34,038 bases of DNA from positions 1 through 34,038 of IMG/VR virus record IMGVR_UViG_3300032312_000083; one strand, 5' to 3'. Shown in pieces: positions 1 to 9,455 of the stretch. Under the pieces are notes generated by a model. That model was not told the DNA's origin and ran no database searches. It saw nothing but the letters and a program-made list of their open reading frames with translations. The translations under genes and the position numbers were made by a program. The DNA is from a virus (Duplodnaviria > Caudoviricetes). Position 1 is the first letter of the stretch. Each line of letters opens with the position of its first letter.

Positions 1-32
1 CGCAAATGGCGCGTTGAGCGTTAAGCTGAAAG

Positions 33-392
33 CTGGGTCAACTGGGTAGCAAACTGGGTCATGGTTTGGGCGTGGATGACCCAGTGAAAAATGGCTAATT
101 TGCACAGGTCTTGGAGGAAACTGGGTAATCTGGGTCATTATATTGTATTTAGATGATGAAATGATAAATAGAGTATATATAACCATATAGGTTTCTAGCA
201 CTCATTTCGTCGGCGACTTAAAACACATGACCCAGATGACCCAGATGACCCAGACTTGACGTTAACGTAAACTACAAATAAACTTTGAGCGTGACATTTT
301 AGCAACACAAGGCCGGGCTTCATGACCCGCGCAATCAGACACGCAAACTCAACTCATCGCCGACTTGTAAAGTCATGACCCAGAACGCCCAG
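33..392. repeat. Iteron-like 9-mer array (ATGACCCAG / CTGGGTCAT) in both orientations around an AT-rich core; candidate replication origin
   Basis: CTGGGT(C/A)-type copies at 33, 42, 54, 121 and 130. ATGACCCAG at 76, 227, 236, 245 and 375, with variants at 322 and 384. AT-rich tract at about 139-195. No convincing ORF. Confidence 0.8.
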
Positions 393-736
393 TTGGTGTA
401 TTAATACATTAACGCACCTAGCTAGCAGCAATGTGTTTTTTCCAATTCGCGCGAGCGCAGAAAGGGAAAGGCCATTTCTATTTCCAGCTAGAACATAAGC
501 AGAACGCTAATCGCATGGCGGAAAGCACAAAGCTGCGCTGCGGACAGCGCAAGCCTGCCAGCCAAGGACGCAAAGCAAAATACGGAAAATTCCAAGGCCA
601 CCCCCCTAGGGCCGACGGTCGGGCCGTTGTCAGTGTCAGGTACCGCAAACAATTTTTATTTTTTTTATTATTTGTAGATGCAAAAAATCCGTGGGCTACA
701 ATGTAGCTACAAAAAAACCACCCGCACCAAAGCCTG

Positions 737-765
737 TTGCGTATCTGCGTCCTTTGGATTATTGT
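737..765 (+). promoter_or_regulatory. Putative sigma70-type promoter for terS (probably leaderless)
   Basis: TTGCGT(737-742)-17 nt-TATTGT(760-765), then 7 nt to ATG 773; no SD. Confidence 0.4.
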
Positions 766-772
766 GCAGCTA

Positions 773-1273
773 ATGACATTCTACTCATTGCCATTTACAC
801 CTGAGCGGATACAGGCCACCGAGTCGCGGCTGGAGTCTATCTACGAAGCTGCCCGCTACGGGCTAAAGGGTGACAGCCTCGCTATGGCCGCCGGCATGAC
901 CCCGCGGCAGTTCCGCGTGTTGGCCGACGCTGACCCGCTGGTGGAGATGGCAGAGATCAAAGGCCGCGCTGACGGCGAGATGGTCGCGGCCAAAACCATG
1001 TACGAAGCGGCACGCGACGGCGACAGCAAGGCTGCGCTAGAGATACTCAAGCATCAGCACGGCTGGGTAGCCAAGCAGCAGATTGACGTAAACATCGACC
1101 AACAGATAAGTATCACAGGCGCACTGGAAAAAGCACAGACGCGCGTCATCGAAGGGCTGTACACAGAACTGCCCCGACTAGAGGATAACACAGACCATGC
1201 AGCAACCGATATACTCAGCCCAAGACGAGATGGAGTTGATGGCAAGGCTGTGGTCGCCAAGTCTAAAGGATGA
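773..1273 (+). CDS. Putative terminase small subunit
   Basis: Helical protein immediately upstream of terL and overlapping it; N-terminal HTH-like segment, ALEILKHQHGW motif and beta-rich C-terminal part typical of TerS. ATG 773 preferred over TTG 737. Confidence 0.7.
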   Translation: MTFYSLPFTPERIQATESRLESIYEAARYGLKGDSLAMAAGMTPRQFRVLADADPLVEMAEIKGRADGEMVAAKTMYEAARDGDSKAALEILKHQHGWVAKQQIDVNIDQQISITGALEKAQTRVIEGLYTELPRLEDNTDHAATDILSPRRDGVDGKAVVAKSKG

Positions 1274-2732
1274 CCCGCTAGCGTTCGTGCTGTACACATT
1301 CCCGTGGGGCCAACAAGGCACGCCGCTGGAACACTTTCCCGGCCCGCGTAAATGGCAGCGTCAGATACTCAGCGACTTGCGCGACCACATCAAAGAGAAC
1401 AACGGTAAGGTTGACTTCGACACTGCGCGGCTGGCGATTGCGTCAGGACGCGGTATCGGCAAGTCGGCACTGGTCAGTTGGTTAACTATCTGGATGCTGT
1501 CCACACGCATCGGTAGTACTACCATCGTGTCGGCTAACTCTGAGGCGCAGTTGCGGTCGGTAACATGGGCAGAAATAACCAAGTGGCTGGCAATGTCGCT
1601 AAACAGTCACTGGTTTGAAATAGCAGCTACACGCATCATGCCCGCCAAATGGATGACAGAGCTAGTCGAGCGCGACCTCAAGAAAGGTACGCGCTACTGG
1701 TCAGTCGAAGGCCGGCTGTGGTCAGAAGAGAACCCTGACGCATACGCAGGGGTCCACAACTTCGACGGTGTGATGCTCATATTCGACGAAGCCAGCGGTA
1801 TACCTGACAGCATCTGGTCTGTTAGTGATGGTTTCTTCACAGAGAATACGCCGCATCGCTTTCATTTGGCGTTCTCCAACCCGCGGCGCAACACTGGCTA
1901 TTTCTACGAAACGTTCCACAGCAAGCGGGCGTTCTGGTCAACACGCGTCATTGACGCCCGCGATGTCGAGGGTACAGACAAACACCTGTACCAGCGCATC
2001 ATCGACGAGTACGGGCCAGACAGCTACCAAGCCAGCGTCGAAGTGTACGGTAACTTCCCCAGTGAAGGTGACGATCAGTTTATTGGCAGCAACTTGGTTG
2101 ACGATGCCATGAAGCGCCCGCCTGCTAAGGACACCAGCGCGCCCATCGTCATAGGGGTTGACCCTGCACGGTTCGGGGCTGACGCTACGGTCATCGCCAT
2201 ACGGCAGGGCCGTGACATCTTGGAACTACGCAGGCACCGCGGCGCGGACACGATGGAAGTGGCAGGCCATGTCATCGACGCCATAGAGCAGTTCCAGCCG
2301 GCGCTAGTCTGCATCGACGAAGGCGGGCTAGGTGCAGGCGTCGTAGATCGGCTGAAAGAGCAGCGGTACAAGATACGCGGCGTGAACTTCGGCAACAAGG
2401 CCAAGAACCAGACAATGTGGGGTAACAAGCGCGCAGAGATGTGGGGTGCCATGCGTGACTGGCTCAGGACGGGCCACATACCATCGGATAGGTTCTTGAA
2501 GACGGACCTCATCAGCCCGCGCACTAAGCCTGACAGCCGGGGGACGCTGTTCCTTGAAAGCAAGAAAGATATGAAGTCACGCGGGCTGGCCTCGCCTGAC
2601 GCAGCGGACGCCATAGCGGTCACGTTCGCATTTCCTGTAGCATCTACTGATCCGCGTCTGACACGCGTTGACAAGCATCGCACAAGAGGCTATTCTCCCG
2701 CAGGAATATCTACATCGTGGATGGGCAGTTAA
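1197..2732 (+). CDS. terL: Terminase large subunit
   Basis: Walker A SGRGIGKS, Walker B LIFDEAS, motif III SNP, RNase H-like nuclease GVDPARFGAD and C-terminal SPDAADA. Confidence 0.96.
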   Translation: MQQPIYSAQDEMELMARLWSPSLKDDPLAFVLYTFPWGQQGTPLEHFPGPRKWQRQILSDLRDHIKENNGKVDFDTARLAIASGRGIGKSALVSWLTIWMLSTRIGSTTIVSANSEAQLRSVTWAEITKWLAMSLNSHWFEIAATRIMPAKWMTELVERDLKKGTRYWSVEGRLWSEENPDAYAGVHNFDGVMLIFDEASGIPDSIWSVSDGFFTENTPHRFHLAFSNPRRNTGYFYETFHSKRAFWSTRVIDARDVEGTDKHLYQRIIDEYGPDSYQASVEVYGNFPSEGDDQFIGSNLVDDAMKRPPAKDTSAPIVIGVDPARFGADATVIAIRQGRDILELRRHRGADTMEVAGHVIDAIEQFQPALVCIDEGGLGAGVVDRLKEQRYKIRGVNFGNKAKNQTMWGNKRAEMWGAMRDWLRTGHIPSDRFLKTDLISPRTKPDSRGTLFLESKKDMKSRGLASPDAADAIAVTFAFPVASTDPRLTRVDKHRTRGYSPAGISTSWMGS

Positions 2733-2998
2733 TGGCTGACAAGAAAAAATCAGTGTCGCTATCCGTTGGCAGAGGCGAGAAACTGCCTGTGTCAAAGGGT
2801 GCGGGCCTGACCGCCGCTGGCAGAGCCAAGTATAATGCTGCTACAGGTAGTAACTTAAAGGCGCCTGCGCCCAGCCCGAAAACAAAAGCAGATGCGGGAC
2901 GCAAAGCGTCGTTCTGCGCGCGCATGGGTGCAGTAGCTGCTAAGGCAAAAGACGGCGAGCGTGCCAAAGCTAGTTTGAAAAGGTGGAAATGCCCATGA
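2732..2998 (+). CDS. Small Lys/Ala-rich basic protein (RKASFCARM motif, DUF6321-like)
   Basis: TAATG coupling with the terL stop; GGL/GRAKYN...NLKAP...RKASFCARM pattern known from small phage proteins. Confidence 0.75.
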   Translation: MADKKKSVSLSVGRGEKLPVSKGAGLTAAGRAKYNAATGSNLKAPAPSPKTKADAGRKASFCARMGAVAAKAKDGERAKASLKRWKCP

Positions 2999-3156
2999 AA
3001 CCCGGATTGTACGCAAATATCCATGCTAAAAAAGCCCGCATTGCCGCCGGATCAGGCGAGAAAATGCGTAAAGCAGGTGACAAAGGTGCGCCTACAGCTA
3101 AAGATTTCAAAGACAGCGCCAAAACCGCTAAAAAACCAGCCAAAAAGGGTAAGTAA
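2995..3156 (+). CDS. Small basic protein, 53 aa (MKPGLYANIHAKKARIAAGSGEKMRK...KKPAKKGK); not in the ORF track
   Basis: ATGA overlap with the upstream stop; its TAA abuts the next ATG at 3157; translated by hand. Confidence 0.8.
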   Translation: MKPGLYANIHAKKARIAAGSGEKMRKAGDKGAPTAKDFKDSAKTAKKPAKKGK

Positions 3157-3402
3157 ATGCCAGCCAACAAATACACAAAAGAACTGTACAAGACCGGTAC
3201 AGTAAAGTCTGAGCGTATGGCAGAAATGCTGCGTGAACGCGCCAAGTCGCCAATGCCAAAGGAAGGCACGACCAACCCAAGCGGCGGTCGCGCTCCTGTC
3301 AAGATGCCAGCTAAAGTTTCGGCGCCAAAAATGCCAAAACCTGTACAGGTCACGCGCACAACGGTAAACATGAAGTCAACTCCAATGGGCAAAAAGCGTT
3401 AA
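3157..3402 (+). CDS. Small Lys/Pro/Met-rich basic protein
   Basis: 81-aa ORF tightly packed between two other small basic ORFs. Confidence 0.7.
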   Translation: MPANKYTKELYKTGTVKSERMAEMLRERAKSPMPKEGTTNPSGGRAPVKMPAKVSAPKMPKPVQVTRTTVNMKSTPMGKKR

Positions 3403-3404
3403 TT

Positions 3405-3545
3405 ATGCCTCTTACTAAGTCACCCAGCAAAGCTGCGTTCCGCAAGAACATCAAAGCAGAAGTAAATGCGGGCAAACCTGTGAAACAAGCCGTCGCCATC
3501 GCCTACAGCGTCAAGCGCGAAGCCGCCAAGAAGGGCAAGAAATAA
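3405..3545 (+). CDS. Small basic protein, 46 aa (MPLTKSPSKAAFRKNIKAEVNAGKPVKQAVAIAYSVKREAAKKGKK); not in the ORF track
   Basis: Translated by hand; the GKP-KQAVAIA motif is typical of small phage head-region proteins; ends 3 nt before the portal ATG. Confidence 0.8.
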   Translation: MPLTKSPSKAAFRKNIKAEVNAGKPVKQAVAIAYSVKREAAKKGKK

Positions 3546-3548
3546 TTT

Positions 3549-5774
3549 ATGGCCGACCCCACAGGCATCAACGCAGCAGGCAAAGTCGCCAACGTAGGTT
3601 CTAACGGACCTAAGACAACGCGCGACGATAACGATAAGATGGCTACCATGCGTAGCCGTCTTACGATGGCGCAGGCTGCGTATTCGGATAGCCGTGAGGA
3701 CGAACTAGACGATTTACGCTTTATGGCCGGCAGCCCTGACAACCAGTGGCAGTGGCCCGCTGACGTGTTGTCAACCCGCGGCAGTGTGCAAGGTCAAACT
3801 ATCAACGCACGCCCATGCCTGACAATCAACAAGCTGCCACAGCACGTCCGTCAGGTAACCAACGAACAGCGTCAGAACCGTCCAAACGGTAAAGTAATAC
3901 CCGCGGATGACAATGCTGACGTACAGGTAGCAGAAATCTTCAACGGTGTGGTGCGCCACATTGAGTATATGTCGGATGCCGACGTTGCGTATGACACAGC
4001 CTGCGACAACCAAGTCACTTACGGCGAAGGTTACATCCGTCTGCTGACTGAGTATTGCAACGACGATACGTTTGATCAAGACATTAAGATTGGCCGCGTC
4101 CGTAACGCATTTAGCGTGTACATGGACCCAACAATCCAAGACCCATGCGGCTCAGATGCCGAATGGTGCTTTATTACTGAAGACATACTAAAGTCAGAAT
4201 ATGAGCGTTTGTTCCCTGACGCGACGCCAATTAGCACATTATATAGCCAAGGCGTTGGCGATCAGGGCATTTCGTCGTGGCTGCAAGAAGATACAATCCG
4301 CATCGCGGAGTATTTTTACAACGTTTATGAGCCTGAAACGCTGCATCTGTACCCAAATAACCAGACTGCAAAGGCTAATTCGCCAGAAGACAAGCAGCTT
4401 AAAGAAATGTACGGCAAACCGCTTCGCACACGCAAAGTAGACCGTAAAAAAGTCATGTGGATGAAGACCAATGGCTTTGACATTCTTGACGAGCGCGAGT
4501 GGTCAGGCAAATATATCCCTGTTGTACGCGTAATTGGCAACGAATTTGAGGTTGACGGACAGATTTACATTTCCGGGCTTGTGCGTAATGCCAAAGATGC
4601 CCAGCGTATGTACAACTACTGGACCAGCCAAGAGGCAGAAATGCTTGCATTGGCACCTAAAGCGCCATTTATCGGTTACGGCGGCCAGTTTGAAGGCTAC
4701 GAAAACCAGTGGAAGACTGCCAACACGACCAACTGGCCGTATTTGGAAGTCAATCCAGACGTTACAGACGGCGCTGGTGGCGTTCTACCGCTTCCGCAAC
4801 GCGCACAGCCACCTTTGCCCCAAACAGGTCTGATACAGGCTAAAATGGGCGCTGGCGAGGACATCAAGGCCACAACCGGCCAGTATGATGCGTCGCTGGG
4901 CCAACAAGGCAACGAACGGTCGGCAAAAGCTATCATTGCACGCGAAAAGCAGGGCGATGTTGGCACGTATCACTACGTTGACAACCTTGCGCGGGCAATT
5001 CGCTACATCACACGCCAGATTGTTGATATGATCCCTAAAATCTACGACACACAACGCATTGCACGCATCATTGGTGCTGACGGCGAAGTCAGCATGGTCA
5101 AAATGGACCCAACACAGGCAGAACCTGTACGCGAAGTGCGTGACGAAACCGGTGCGTTAATCGAAAAGATTTACAACCCCGGCGTTGGTACATACGACGT
5201 TATGGTCACTACTGGCCCCGGTTACATGACCAAGCGTCAAGAAGCACTTGATGCTATGAGCCAGATTTTGCAGTCTAACCCTTCGCTTTGGGCTGTAGCA
5301 GGCGATTTGTTTGTCAAGAACATGGATTGGCCCGGCGCGCAGGAAATGGCGGATCGGTTCCGTAAGATACTTGACCCCAAGGTACTGGCTACCGACGATG
5401 AGTCGCCTGAAATGGTCGCTGCACAGCAGCAAATGGAAGTTATGGCGCAAGAACTGAACCGTATGGTCGATATTATCGAAGGCGTTCAGGCAGACGTTGC
5501 GAAGCGCGAAGTAGACATCAAGGAATACAAGGCACAGGTAGACGCCTACGACGCTGAAACAAAACGCATCAGCGCGATGCAAGCAGGGATGACAGAAGAG
5601 CAAATTCAGGATATTGTCATGGGTACAATTGCTGGCGCGCTAGACACAGGTGATTTGATTAGCGGATCACCCGAAATGCGTGAGCAACCTGACATGATTG
5701 AAGAAATGCCTGAACCGCAACCAATGCCAGAAATGGGCGCCATGCCTGAGATGCCGCCTGAAGGAATGATGTAA
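3549..5774 (+). CDS. Portal protein, P22-like
   Basis: 741 aa after terL; [43 protein letters not shown]; C-terminal coiled-coil barrel. Confidence 0.93.
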   Translation: MADPTGINAAGKVANVGSNGPKTTRDDNDKMATMRSRLTMAQAAYSDSREDELDDLRFMAGSPDNQWQWPADVLSTRGSVQGQTINARPCLTINKLPQHVRQVTNEQRQNRPNGKVIPADDNADVQVAEIFNGVVRHIEYMSDADVAYDTACDNQVTYGEGYIRLLTEYCNDDTFDQDIKIGRVRNAFSVYMDPTIQDPCGSDAEWCFITEDILKSEYERLFPDATPISTLYSQGVGDQGISSWLQEDTIRIAEYFYNVYEPETLHLYPNNQTAKANSPEDKQLKEMYGKPLRTRKVDRKKVMWMKTNGFDILDEREWSGKYIPVVRVIGNEFEVDGQIYISGLVRNAKDAQRMYNYWTSQEAEMLALAPKAPFIGYGGQFEGYENQWKTANTTNWPYLEVNPDVTDGAGGVLPLPQRAQPPLPQTGLIQAKMGAGEDIKATTGQYDASLGQQGNERSAKAIIAREKQGDVGTYHYVDNLARAIRYITRQIVDMIPKIYDTQRIARIIGADGEVSMVKMDPTQAEPVREVRDETGALIEKIYNPGVGTYDVMVTTGPGYMTKRQEALDAMSQILQSNPSLWAVAGDLFVKNMDWPGAQEMADRFRKILDPKVLATDDESPEMVAAQQQMEVMAQELNRMVDIIEGVQADVAKREVDIKEYKAQVDAYDAETKRISAMQAGMTEEQIQDIVMGTIAGALDTGDLISGSPEMREQPDMIEEMPEPQPMPEMGAMPEMPPEGMM

Positions 5775-7213
5775 TGACCGTAAGCCTCAAACATACCTTT
5801 CAGTCTGCCAAAACTGATAGCCTTGATGCAACACTTGTCCAGCCGTCTAACTGGAACCAAGAACATGATTTGACGCTTGCCACCAACAAGGTGCTGGGCC
5901 GCGCTACCGCCGGTACAGGCGCTGCCGAAGAAATCAGCATTGGCACTGCTTTGTCGGTATCTGGCGGCACGCTGGCGGTTACTAACGTACCTGTCGCAAA
6001 TGGCGGTACAGGCGCGTCAACACTTACAGGTTACGTCAAGGGTAACGGTACATCTGCGTTTACTGCGGCGGCTAGTGTTCCAGTAGGCGACATATCAGGT
6101 ATACTACCTATTGCAAACGGCGGCACGGCCCTAGCAACTCTTGGCACTGCTGGGCAAGTTCTTGCTGTCAATAGCGGGGCCACTGCATTAGAGTATGTTC
6201 CACCCCCTATCGGCGCTGAAATTATTCGCGTGGCGCGCACTAGCAATACGCAAATTGGTGCATCTAACCGTTCAAACTTAATTGATATTACATCAGGTAC
6301 TTTTACACAAACTTTTGCGGCTGCGGCAACATTAGGAAATGGTTGGTTTTGCTATCTTCGTAATAGTGGTACAGGCGACATTACGTTAGACCCTAACGGC
6401 TCAGAAACTATTGATGGGCTGACAACTTATATTATGTACCCCGGCGAATGTCGGTTGGTTCAGTGCGATGGTACTGCGCTCAGAACAATAGTTCTAGATG
6501 CTTTTTACACCACATTTACTGCCTCCAGCACATTTACCAAACCGCCGGGATATAGTGCTTTTTCGGGGCTGCTTTGGGGCGGCGGGGGTTCTGGCTGCGG
6601 CGGTAATGGCGGGAACAACCCTGCGGGCGGCGGCGGCGGCGCGTGCAATATATTTTCATTAAACAGCACGCTTTTTTCTGCGTCTTGCACTGTAACCATT
6701 GGCGCCGGTGGGGTTAGTGCGATTAGTGCAAACGGTAATACGGGCGGAAATTCATCTTTTGACAATAAAGTTTTTGCTTATGGTGGCGCCGGCGGGTCAG
6801 GCACTTTTAGCGGCGGCGGCGGCGGCATTTTGTCTGCCGGTACCAGCAGCGGCGGCAGTCCGAACCCCGGAGGCAGCGCAAACTCTGGGTTTGGCGGCGC
6901 AGATTCAACAAATAACGTTGGGTTACCCACTTATGCTGGGGGCGCTTCTGGGGGCGGTACTAACTCTAGCATCAATGCTTTTGCTGGCGGAGCTAGTGTT
7001 TACGGCGGCGGGGGTGGTGCTTCTCAAGGCGCGACTAATTTTGGTGGCGCTGCTGGCGGCATATCTATTTTTGGTGGTAACGGAGGGGCGTCCGCCGATG
7101 CAGCGGGCGTAGCCGGAAGCGCTCCGGGCGGCGGCGGCGGCGCAACTAAAACCAACGGTAACAGTAGCGGCGCAGGCGGACGCGGCGAGTTACGTATCTG
7201 GGGTATTGTCTAA
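5774..7213 (+). CDS. Glycine-rich fibre protein
   Basis: VPVANGGTG / LPIANGGT fibre repeats, [13 protein letters not shown] domain and C-terminal Gly-rich domain ending [11 protein letters not shown]; followed by a chaperone gene. Confidence 0.8.
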   Translation: MTVSLKHTFQSAKTDSLDATLVQPSNWNQEHDLTLATNKVLGRATAGTGAAEEISIGTALSVSGGTLAVTNVPVANGGTGASTLTGYVKGNGTSAFTAAASVPVGDISGILPIANGGTALATLGTAGQVLAVNSGATALEYVPPPIGAEIIRVARTSNTQIGASNRSNLIDITSGTFTQTFAAAATLGNGWFCYLRNSGTGDITLDPNGSETIDGLTTYIMYPGECRLVQCDGTALRTIVLDAFYTTFTASSTFTKPPGYSAFSGLLWGGGGSGCGGNGGNNPAGGGGGACNIFSLNSTLFSASCTVTIGAGGVSAISANGNTGGNSSFDNKVFAYGGAGGSGTFSGGGGGILSAGTSSGGSPNPGGSANSGFGGADSTNNVGLPTYAGGASGGGTNSSINAFAGGASVYGGGGGASQGATNFGGAAGGISIFGGNGGASADAAGVAGSAPGGGGGATKTNGNSSGAGGRGELRIWGIV

Positions 7214-7545
7214 TGAGAGCGCATATTGTTGAAAACGGTGTTGTTACAAACACCATCGAAGTTGATAGCTTGGACGCAATACCGAACTCGATAGAGGCCA
7301 ATATCGGTGGAATCGGTTGGCTTTGGGACGGGGAAAATCTTACCCCACCCGCACCAGATACCGAAGCGCAATGGGCTGTTGTCCGCGTTGAACGTAACAA
7401 GCTGTTGGCTGAATCCGATTGGACGCAGTTACCTGACGCACCTGTAGACGCTGCTGCATGGGCTACATATCGTCAAGCCTTACGCGATGTAACTACTCAA
7501 ACTGATCCGTTTGCTATCGTCTGGCCCGAAAGACCATCATCATGA
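7213..7545 (+). CDS. Tail fibre assembly chaperone
   Basis: RNKLLAESDWTQLPDAP...WATYRQALRDV...WP signature; TAATG-coupled to the fibre gene. Confidence 0.88.
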   Translation: MRAHIVENGVVTNTIEVDSLDAIPNSIEANIGGIGWLWDGENLTPPAPDTEAQWAVVRVERNKLLAESDWTQLPDAPVDAAAWATYRQALRDVTTQTDPFAIVWPERPSS

Positions 7546-7904
7546 AATGCGCTGACTTCGTAGGCACATTGTTTCTCGCGCGCGATGTAGCCCATTCGAC
7601 GCACCTGAACACACGCAGCTTTGCCAAACACTCTGCATTGAACACTTTTTATGATGAAGTGATCGAATTGGCTGACAAATTTGCTGAAGCCTACCAAGGC
7701 AAATATGGCCTAATCGGTCCTATTTCGCTTATGTCAGCTAAGAAGACAAACAATATTGTTGCGTTTCTTGAAGGTCAGGTAGACGAACTTGAGGAAATGC
7801 GGTATAAAGTCGTTGATAAGGATTGCACTCCGATCCAAAACATTATCGACGAGATTTTTGGGTTGTATTACTCAACCTTGTACAAACTTAAATTTCTCGC
7901 ATAA
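7542..7904 (+). CDS. Dps/ferritin-like four-helix protein (DUF5856-like)
   Basis: H-x2-H-x8-H-x6-Y-x7-D-x2-AE pattern resembling Dps ferroxidase ligands; ends YKLKFL. Confidence 0.75.
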   Translation: MKCADFVGTLFLARDVAHSTHLNTRSFAKHSALNTFYDEVIELADKFAEAYQGKYGLIGPISLMSAKKTNNIVAFLEGQVDELEEMRYKVVDKDCTPIQNIIDEIFGLYYSTLYKLKFLA

Positions 7905-7915
7905 GGACGCGACAT

Positions 7916-8233
7916 ATGGAAATTTTACGCCCTCTTAATGATCCTGCTTTTGGTACGCAAAACGTAGCATACACTGGAACCGCTGGTTCTGTAACTGGCT
8001 GGAACTCTGGCCCGCAAGCCGTGCTGGTGTGGTGTACATCTGACGCGTACATCCGCGTTGGTAACGGCGTCACAGCTACAACGGCTGACACACCGCTGCC
8101 AGCTAACACACCTGTACCAATTTATGTACCCCAGCCTAGCGACGTAGGCGGCAACGGCGGCACATGGCGTGTTAGCGCAATTCAAATCAGCGCCGGCGGC
8201 ACAATGTACGCAAAGCCGATTAACATACGATGA
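7916..8233 (+). CDS. Hypothetical beta-rich virion protein
   Basis: SD AAGGA; 105 aa, rich in small residues; lies in the structural operon. Confidence 0.65.
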   Translation: MEILRPLNDPAFGTQNVAYTGTAGSVTGWNSGPQAVLVWCTSDAYIRVGNGVTATTADTPLPANTPVPIYVPQPSDVGGNGGTWRVSAIQISAGGTMYAKPINIR

Positions 8234-9072
8234 GCTTTGGTATCCCCGTCCGTAATGGTGTAGGTATAGGCTTACGGGCCTCTACCGCGCTGTCTACGCG
8301 CGGCGGCGGCGCGGCAGGCATTCAAGGGCAGCAGGCATACACTACGCCGGGGACGTTTAGCTGGGTTGCCCCTGCGGGCGTGACAAGCGTGTGCGTTGTG
8401 TGCGTCGGCGGCGGCTCGTATCAATCTGCTGGCGGATTAGGTTGGAAAAACGACATAGCGGTTATTCCCGGCAACTCTTACTCTGTTAGGGTAGGTAACA
8501 AAGCTACGGGCGACTTTATCAACGGTCAATCATCCTTTTTTGTAAATGACGCAACCGTCAGCGGCGGCGGCGGCGTTTGGCAAAGTTCTGGGGGTACCTT
8601 TGTTGGTACCGGCGGCGGTAACGGCGGCAGCAGCAGCGGCACTCTTGGTGCCGGCGGCGCGGGTGGGTACACAGGCAACGGCGCGGCACCGCCCGGCACG
8701 TATAACGTTAATGGTTTGGCCGGCAGCGGCGGCGGCGGCGGTAGCGGCGCTTTAGTAGTTGATGGAGGCCAAGACTTTTACTCTGGCGGCGGCGGCGGCG
8801 TGGGTATTTTAGGCCAAGGGGCCAACGGCGCGGGAGGGGTAAGGAGCGGCGCGGTCGCAGGCGGCGGTGGTGGCGGCAGCGGCGGCGGAAATGGCTCAAC
8901 AGCAACTGTGTATTATATCCCCGGCGACGGCGGCCTTTACGGCGGTGCGGGCGGCGGAGGGCTTAACATATCAGAGGGCATAACATATTTTCAATATGGC
9001 CAATCTGGTGCGGTTCGTATCATTTGGGGTGCAGGGCGTGCATTTCCTGCGACTAACACGGGTAACGTCTAA
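8230..9072 (+). CDS. Second glycine-rich fibre-like protein
   Basis: YTTPGTFSWVAPAGVTSVCVVCVGGG start of the domain, poly-Gly runs, C-terminal GAVRIIWG. Confidence 0.8.
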   Translation: MSFGIPVRNGVGIGLRASTALSTRGGGAAGIQGQQAYTTPGTFSWVAPAGVTSVCVVCVGGGSYQSAGGLGWKNDIAVIPGNSYSVRVGNKATGDFINGQSSFFVNDATVSGGGGVWQSSGGTFVGTGGGNGGSSSGTLGAGGAGGYTGNGAAPPGTYNVNGLAGSGGGGGSGALVVDGGQDFYSGGGGGVGILGQGANGAGGVRSGAVAGGGGGGSGGGNGSTATVYYIPGDGGLYGGAGGGGLNISEGITYFQYGQSGAVRIIWGAGRAFPATNTGNV

Positions 9073-9396
9073 ATGGAACACACCGACCTTGAACTTTACA
9101 TTCAAATCCGCAACGGTCAGCCGCACGAGCATCCTATTTTCGGAGACAACTTTCGCGCCGCATTTCCTGATGTAGACACTGCAAATTTGCCAAACACGTT
9201 TGCTAAGTTTATCCGCGTAGATATACCCGCAATCGGCACATATGAGGTGTACGAAGGTGCTACCTATCAGTGGGTCGAGGGTGTCGTAAAAGACGTTCAC
9301 AGCGTGCGCCCAATGACGGCCAAAGAACAAACAGCTAAAACGCGCGAACTTGAGGCCGCAAAAAATTCAATCGTATTGTCAAGCCGCAAAATTTAA
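9073..9396 (+). CDS. Hypothetical protein, probable partner/chaperone of the preceding Gly-rich protein
   Basis: Abuts the upstream stop; NFRAAFP motif; same large-plus-small arrangement as 5774-7545. Confidence 0.65.
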   Translation: MEHTDLELYIQIRNGQPHEHPIFGDNFRAAFPDVDTANLPNTFAKFIRVDIPAIGTYEVYEGATYQWVEGVVKDVHSVRPMTAKEQTAKTRELEAAKNSIVLSSRKI

Positions 9397-9455
9397 TGTA
9401 GTTTGACCATTAACCGTACTGGTGCGGCACATCAGGAACTCCATAGGAGTTAAAC
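9376..9455 (+). promoter_or_regulatory. Possible promoter and structured leader of the scaffold gene
   Basis: TTGTCA-17-TAGTTT (9376-9404); hairpin CTGGTG/CATCAG (9419-9435); hairpin AACTCC/GGAGTT (9437-9451) containing the SD. Confidence 0.5.

Noticed and set aside
431-706. 91-aa ORF upstream of terS
   Set aside because: No SD or recognisable motif, and it runs through a poly-T tract; more likely non-coding control sequence.
2075-2683. Long antisense ORFs (e.g. 2075-2683, 14361-14927, 18482-18922)
   Set aside because: Shadow frames of well-supported genes, expected from codon bias; no independent signals.
6570-8960. GGC-rich runs as microsatellites or DGR-type variable repeats
   Set aside because: They encode poly-Gly; there is no reverse transcriptase or template/variable repeat pair in the window.
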